Assembly (NCBI GenBank): GCA_046881945.1
Contig: JBKSMT010000074.1
Location: 1 to 28,571, forward strand
Direction: 5' to 3'
DNA: 28,571 nt
Source: Clostridia bacterium
GTDB lineage: Bacteria; Bacillota; Clostridia; Christensenellales; UBA1242
The translations under genes and the position numbers were made by a program. Below the pieces are notes generated by a model. That model saw only the letters and a list, made by a program, of their open reading frames with translations, made no database searches and was not told the origin of the DNA. Below are positions 25,644-28,571 of the stretch, piece by piece; within the stretch, counting starts at the first letter, position 1; the number at the start of each line of letters is the position of its first letter.

Positions 25644-27059
25644 TTATTGAGCACTACTTTCCAAAGCCTTAATTTCTGCTGGCACTTCTAATACAACATT
25701 AGTTTTATTGTATGTATAATATCCCATATGTTGACCATCACATTTGACATCTATTCTAGCGATTTCTTCATTATTAAATATATATTTATATTCCCAAACA
25801 TCATTATCACCGTCTTCTTCAAAGGAAATAATAAGTTCATAATATTGCCCATCTTCGCTAATGTTTGCGGAACATTCTTCACTATAAAAATCTATTTCAC
25901 CAAACATACATTCTTCAACCCAGCCTTTCCAGCCACTTAAATCAAATTTTTGTATATCTCTATCATTTTCTTTAGAATAATAATTTTGTCCACTAACCCA
26001 GTTCCATTCAGTAAACCTCTCAACATCTTCAATATAGAAAATATTTTTATCAGCATCGTATCTCGTTGTCCCAAAAATATCGCCTATAGATGCATCGAAT
26101 ATATTCATCTCAAAATCGCTTTCAAGATAACTCTCTATTACGCCCCATTTTAAATCATCAATTGAGTTTTCAACATCAACTGTTGCACTGCTTTCTAATG
26201 CTTTGATATCTGCTGGAACTTCTAGATTTAAGATTGAATAATTATAATTTGAAATATATGTATGTCCGCCGTCTATTTCTTCAACCTTATACATAAAATC
26301 TTCATTAAAATAGTATTTATATTGACAATCTCCTCCTTGTGTTGCTGTTAAAATATAGTTTAAACCATCTTTTTCAATCCCTTCAATAGTCCAAGCAACA
26401 CCATCTTCATCAACCCCATTAAGTATATCAAATACAGACATCATATAATCATCGCGTGACCAATCATCAAAATCACTAGCCAAACTTTTATCTATACCTT
26501 CTCCAGTTTCATAATTATAACAAATATTATTGTTTAACCATAACCAACTTACATAACCATCATTATCGCTATAGTATGTAACTTTATTTTCCCAATCAAC
26601 TTTCATAATTTCATCATCATATGTAATTGACACATCTTTATCAAGATTTGCTTCAACAATTTCCTTAAGCAAATACCTTTCATCGACAACGTTTGCATAT
26701 ATTGTAGCAGTTTTTCCACCATGGTTTACAGTTAGGTTATATTGACCAATATTTTTTAATTTTGCCTTATCCGTATCATTAAACATACTTTCAGTAACAT
26801 CTAAAACAGCTGTAGAACCATCTTCGTATGTTGCAGTCATAGTAATATTAGTACGAGCAAAATGCCCTCTAATAATATAACTAGGCAAAGTTGAATTATT
26901 AATAACTAATGATGTTACAACCTTAGTTTGTTCCTGAGTTTGCTCATTTTGAGTTTTATCACTATCTTGAGTGATATCACAACCGCTTAACATAAATCCA
27001 CCAGTTAATGCACTTGCACCCGCTAAACCAAGTGCTAAAAATTTGTTTAATTTTTTCAT
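25644..27059 (-). CDS. Acidic lipoprotein with Ig-like domain and two tandem repeat domains
   Basis: Signal peptide with lipobox LSGC; Big_3-like segment (ATYEDGS...GQYNLTVNHGG); duplicated LEVPA(D/E)IKALESSA; AAAGGAG RBS before ATG 27059. Confidence 0.8.
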   Translation of the reverse strand: MKKLNKFLALGLAGASALTGGFMLSGCDITQDSDKTQNEQTQEQTKVVTSLVINNSTLPSYIIRGHFARTNITMTATYEDGSTAVLDVTESMFNDTDKAKLKNIGQYNLTVNHGGKTATIYANVVDERYLLKEIVEANLDKDVSITYDDEIMKVDWENKVTYYSDNDGYVSWLWLNNNICYNYETGEGIDKSLASDFDDWSRDDYMMSVFDILNGVDEDGVAWTIEGIEKDGLNYILTATQGGDCQYKYYFNEDFMYKVEEIDGGHTYISNYNYSILNLEVPADIKALESSATVDVENSIDDLKWGVIESYLESDFEMNIFDASIGDIFGTTRYDADKNIFYIEDVERFTEWNWVSGQNYYSKENDRDIQKFDLSGWKGWVEECMFGEIDFYSEECSANISEDGQYYELIISFEEDGDNDVWEYKYIFNNEEIARIDVKCDGQHMGYYTYNKTNVVLEVPAEIKALESSAQ

Positions 27060-27090
27060 AAATACTTTTCTCCTTTCTGTAATATCAATC

Positions 27091-27143
27091 ATTATACTTC
27101 CCATTATACTGGAAAGTCAAGTATTTTTCCCAGTTTTGTGGAA
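27091..27143. promoter_or_regulatory. Divergent promoter region with two 17-bp operator-like sites
   Basis: Minus strand TTGACT-18-TATAAT; TTCCCA-N6-TGGAA at 27098-27114 and 27127-27143. Confidence 0.6.
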
Positions 27144-27153
27144 TAATTGTTAT

Positions 27154-27357
27154 ATGGAAACATTTGGAGATATCTTAAAGCGATTGCGACAAGAAAGGCA
27201 TATAGGACAAATTGAATTAGCAAAACAAATAGGTGTTGGCAAATCCATAATCAGTTTGTGGGAATTAAATACTTGCGAGCCAACTTTATCCAAACTAATT
27301 GCATTGTCTAAATTTTTTAATGTTTCCATCGACTATTTAGCTGGATTAGAAATTTAA
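27154..27357 (+). CDS. XRE family helix-turn-helix regulator (67 aa)
   Basis: FGDILKRLR.ER...Q.ELAKQIGV.KS.IS.WE....EP.L..L..LSKFFNVSIDYL. Confidence 0.92.
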   Translation: METFGDILKRLRQERHIGQIELAKQIGVGKSIISLWELNTCEPTLSKLIALSKFFNVSIDYLAGLEI

Positions 27358-27359
27358 AT

Positions 27360-27397
27360 TTATCCACACCAACATCGTATTTAGTGGATAATTTTTT
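27360..27397 (+). promoter_or_regulatory. DnaA-box dyad E / terminator hairpin
   Basis: TTATCCACA-N14-AGTGGATAA followed by T6, 2 nt after the XRE stop. Confidence 0.75.
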
Positions 27398-27419
27398 ATT
27401 ACCTACACATACTAACATT

Positions 27420-27551
27420 ATGAAAAAAGTAAAGAAAATCAAAACAAAATCATTTGGTAATCCTAGTAAATTTGATATTAATGGCTCGTATACGGGAACA
27501 TCTAGTTTGGTTTCGGATTTAAACCCCGTACAAGATGCAGATGATTTATAA
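27420..27551 (+). CDS. Small protein (43 aa) ending GSYTG...PVQDADDL, not in ORF track
   Basis: Hand translation MKKVKKIKTKSFGNPSKFDINGSYTGTSSLVSDLNPVQDADDL; sigmaG-like CATACTA upstream; motif recalled from small clostridial hypothetical proteins. Confidence 0.6.
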   Translation: MKKVKKIKTKSFGNPSKFDINGSYTGTSSLVSDLNPVQDADDL

Positions 27552-27579
27552 AAATTACAAAGTTTAGTCAATTTTCTCC

Positions 27580-27607
27580 TTGACAAATACATAATATATG
27601 ATATAAT
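27580..27607 (+). promoter_or_regulatory. sigmaA promoter TTGACA-16-(TG)TATAAT
   Basis: Exact -35 and -10 followed by AGGAG RBS. Confidence 0.85.
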
Positions 27608-27625
27608 AAGGCTAGGAGAATTTTT

Positions 27626-28141
27626 ATGAACAATAGTATTAATATAACCCTTGACGATGTTAAGGACTTTTTATCAGCTGTGGGTCACACTTGGAATGGC
27701 AACGTTATTATTAATGACGAAACTACTAAAGCTACTAGTTTAAATGATTTTAAGTACGCCCGCACTTTAACTGCAATGAAATTACATAACAATCAAGATG
27801 AAAAGGAAATTAAGGATGTAGTTATAACTCCAACATCTTTTATATTTTATCAACAAACGTTTGACCATAGCGACATTGACGCAACTTTTGAATACGAAGT
27901 TGAAACTGACTATACTGAACTGTGGGTAAAATTTTTACTTAAAAAATATGGCAATAATTATAAAGATTATGTTAAAAAATTATGTAAGATAATGCGCCAA
28001 CAAGAAGTCAATAAGGCTAAATATGAGTTTGATAGAATTAAGGAAATTAAAAAAGACATAATCCGTAAATTAAAAGTAAAATTAAACTTTTATCAAAAAC
28101 TTGAAGACTTGGTTGACAATGTTTACGAATTAAAAAAATAA
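27626..28141 (+). CDS. Hypothetical protein (171 aa, C-terminal coiled coil)
   Basis: Consensus promoter, RBS and terminator; no family recognised. Confidence 0.78.
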   Translation: MNNSINITLDDVKDFLSAVGHTWNGNVIINDETTKATSLNDFKYARTLTAMKLHNNQDEKEIKDVVITPTSFIFYQQTFDHSDIDATFEYEVETDYTELWVKFLLKKYGNNYKDYVKKLCKIMRQQEVNKAKYEFDRIKEIKKDIIRKLKVKLNFYQKLEDLVDNVYELKK

Positions 28142-28166
28142 GATGGATTTAACTCCATCTTTTTTT
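28141..28166. terminator. Bidirectional terminator between convergent genes
   Basis: AGATGGA-TTTAAC-TCCATCT plus T-run. Confidence 0.75.
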
Positions 28167-28562
28167 CTAAAATTTTTGATTAATCCAGTCACTTAACTGA
28201 TGCATATCTTTATCAAGGTTAATATAAAAACATCTACCATCATAAATACCCTTGTTACCTCTAACAATATTAAATCCACCAAACTCGGAATTTACCTCTA
28301 TTAACAATTCATCAAATTGCATACCATCAACTTCACAAGGTTGAGGATATTGTAATTTAATCCAAACCCCATGTTGCACCGCTTGTAATATTTCCGCGTG
28401 AATACTTACTCCAAGCGCTGGCATTGTATGGCTATCAATTAACATATTTTCAATTACATTATTCAACTCATTTAAATCGTGTACGGGATTATAATTTCCA
28501 TCAACAATAGCATACGCATGAGTGCTACTTGTTAAATAATGTTGAATAGTTTTATTTTCCAT
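28167..28562 (-). CDS. Hypothetical protein (131 aa)
   Basis: GGAGGG RBS at the window end; no family recognised. Confidence 0.72.
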   Translation of the reverse strand: MENKTIQHYLTSSTHAYAIVDGNYNPVHDLNELNNVIENMLIDSHTMPALGVSIHAEILQAVQHGVWIKLQYPQPCEVDGMQFDELLIEVNSEFGGFNIVRGNKGIYDGRCFYINLDKDMHQLSDWINQKF

Positions 28563-28571
28563 ATTCCCTCC

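Noticed and set aside
753-26153. Numerous 62-135-aa ORFs antisense or out-of-frame within long genes (e.g. 753..1013, 1485..1892, 4157..4438, 15643..15900, 24008..24349)
   Set aside because: Shadow ORFs nested in well-supported CDSs, with no RBS or motif support.
27317-27592. 91-aa minus-strand ORF with AAGGAG near an internal TTG
   Set aside because: Overlaps the XRE gene, dyad E and the better-supported 43-aa plus-strand ORF; no recognisable motif.

Overview
Low-GC chromosomal window from a spore-forming Firmicute, probably Clostridia (inferred from SpoIVB, DUF378 and sigmaA/sigmaG-type promoters). Almost all genes are on the minus strand. Housekeeping content: gyrB-gyrA-radC; a ~10-kb tightly packed run typA-hyp-replicative helicase-yqeY-NUDIX-MPG glycosylase-DUF1653-dtd-nucleoside phosphorylase-metG-kinase-GNAT; an atypical HU; DUF975; an AbrB-ABC-permease module; DUF378; tRNA-Ser(UGA); spoIVB; tsaD. 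The most striking unexplained signal is a family of five inverted DnaA-box dyads (TTATCCACA-N14-degenerate reverse box). Each sits just after a stop codon with an invariant 14-bp spacer. Four punctuate an accessory gene array between metG and gyrB, two are identical over 40 bp and bracket a kinase+GNAT cassette, and two downstream sigmaA promoters carry a further box between -35 and -10. Other findings: a 181-bp tRNA-Ser 3'-end duplication enclosing a GC-rich multi-hairpin core with an inverted T-arm copy, a helically phased TCTAA array, an orphan MuF-like toxin/immunity pair, two further structured intergenic elements, and a 43-aa ORF missed by the ORF track. All family assignments are by motif recognition only; no searches were run.
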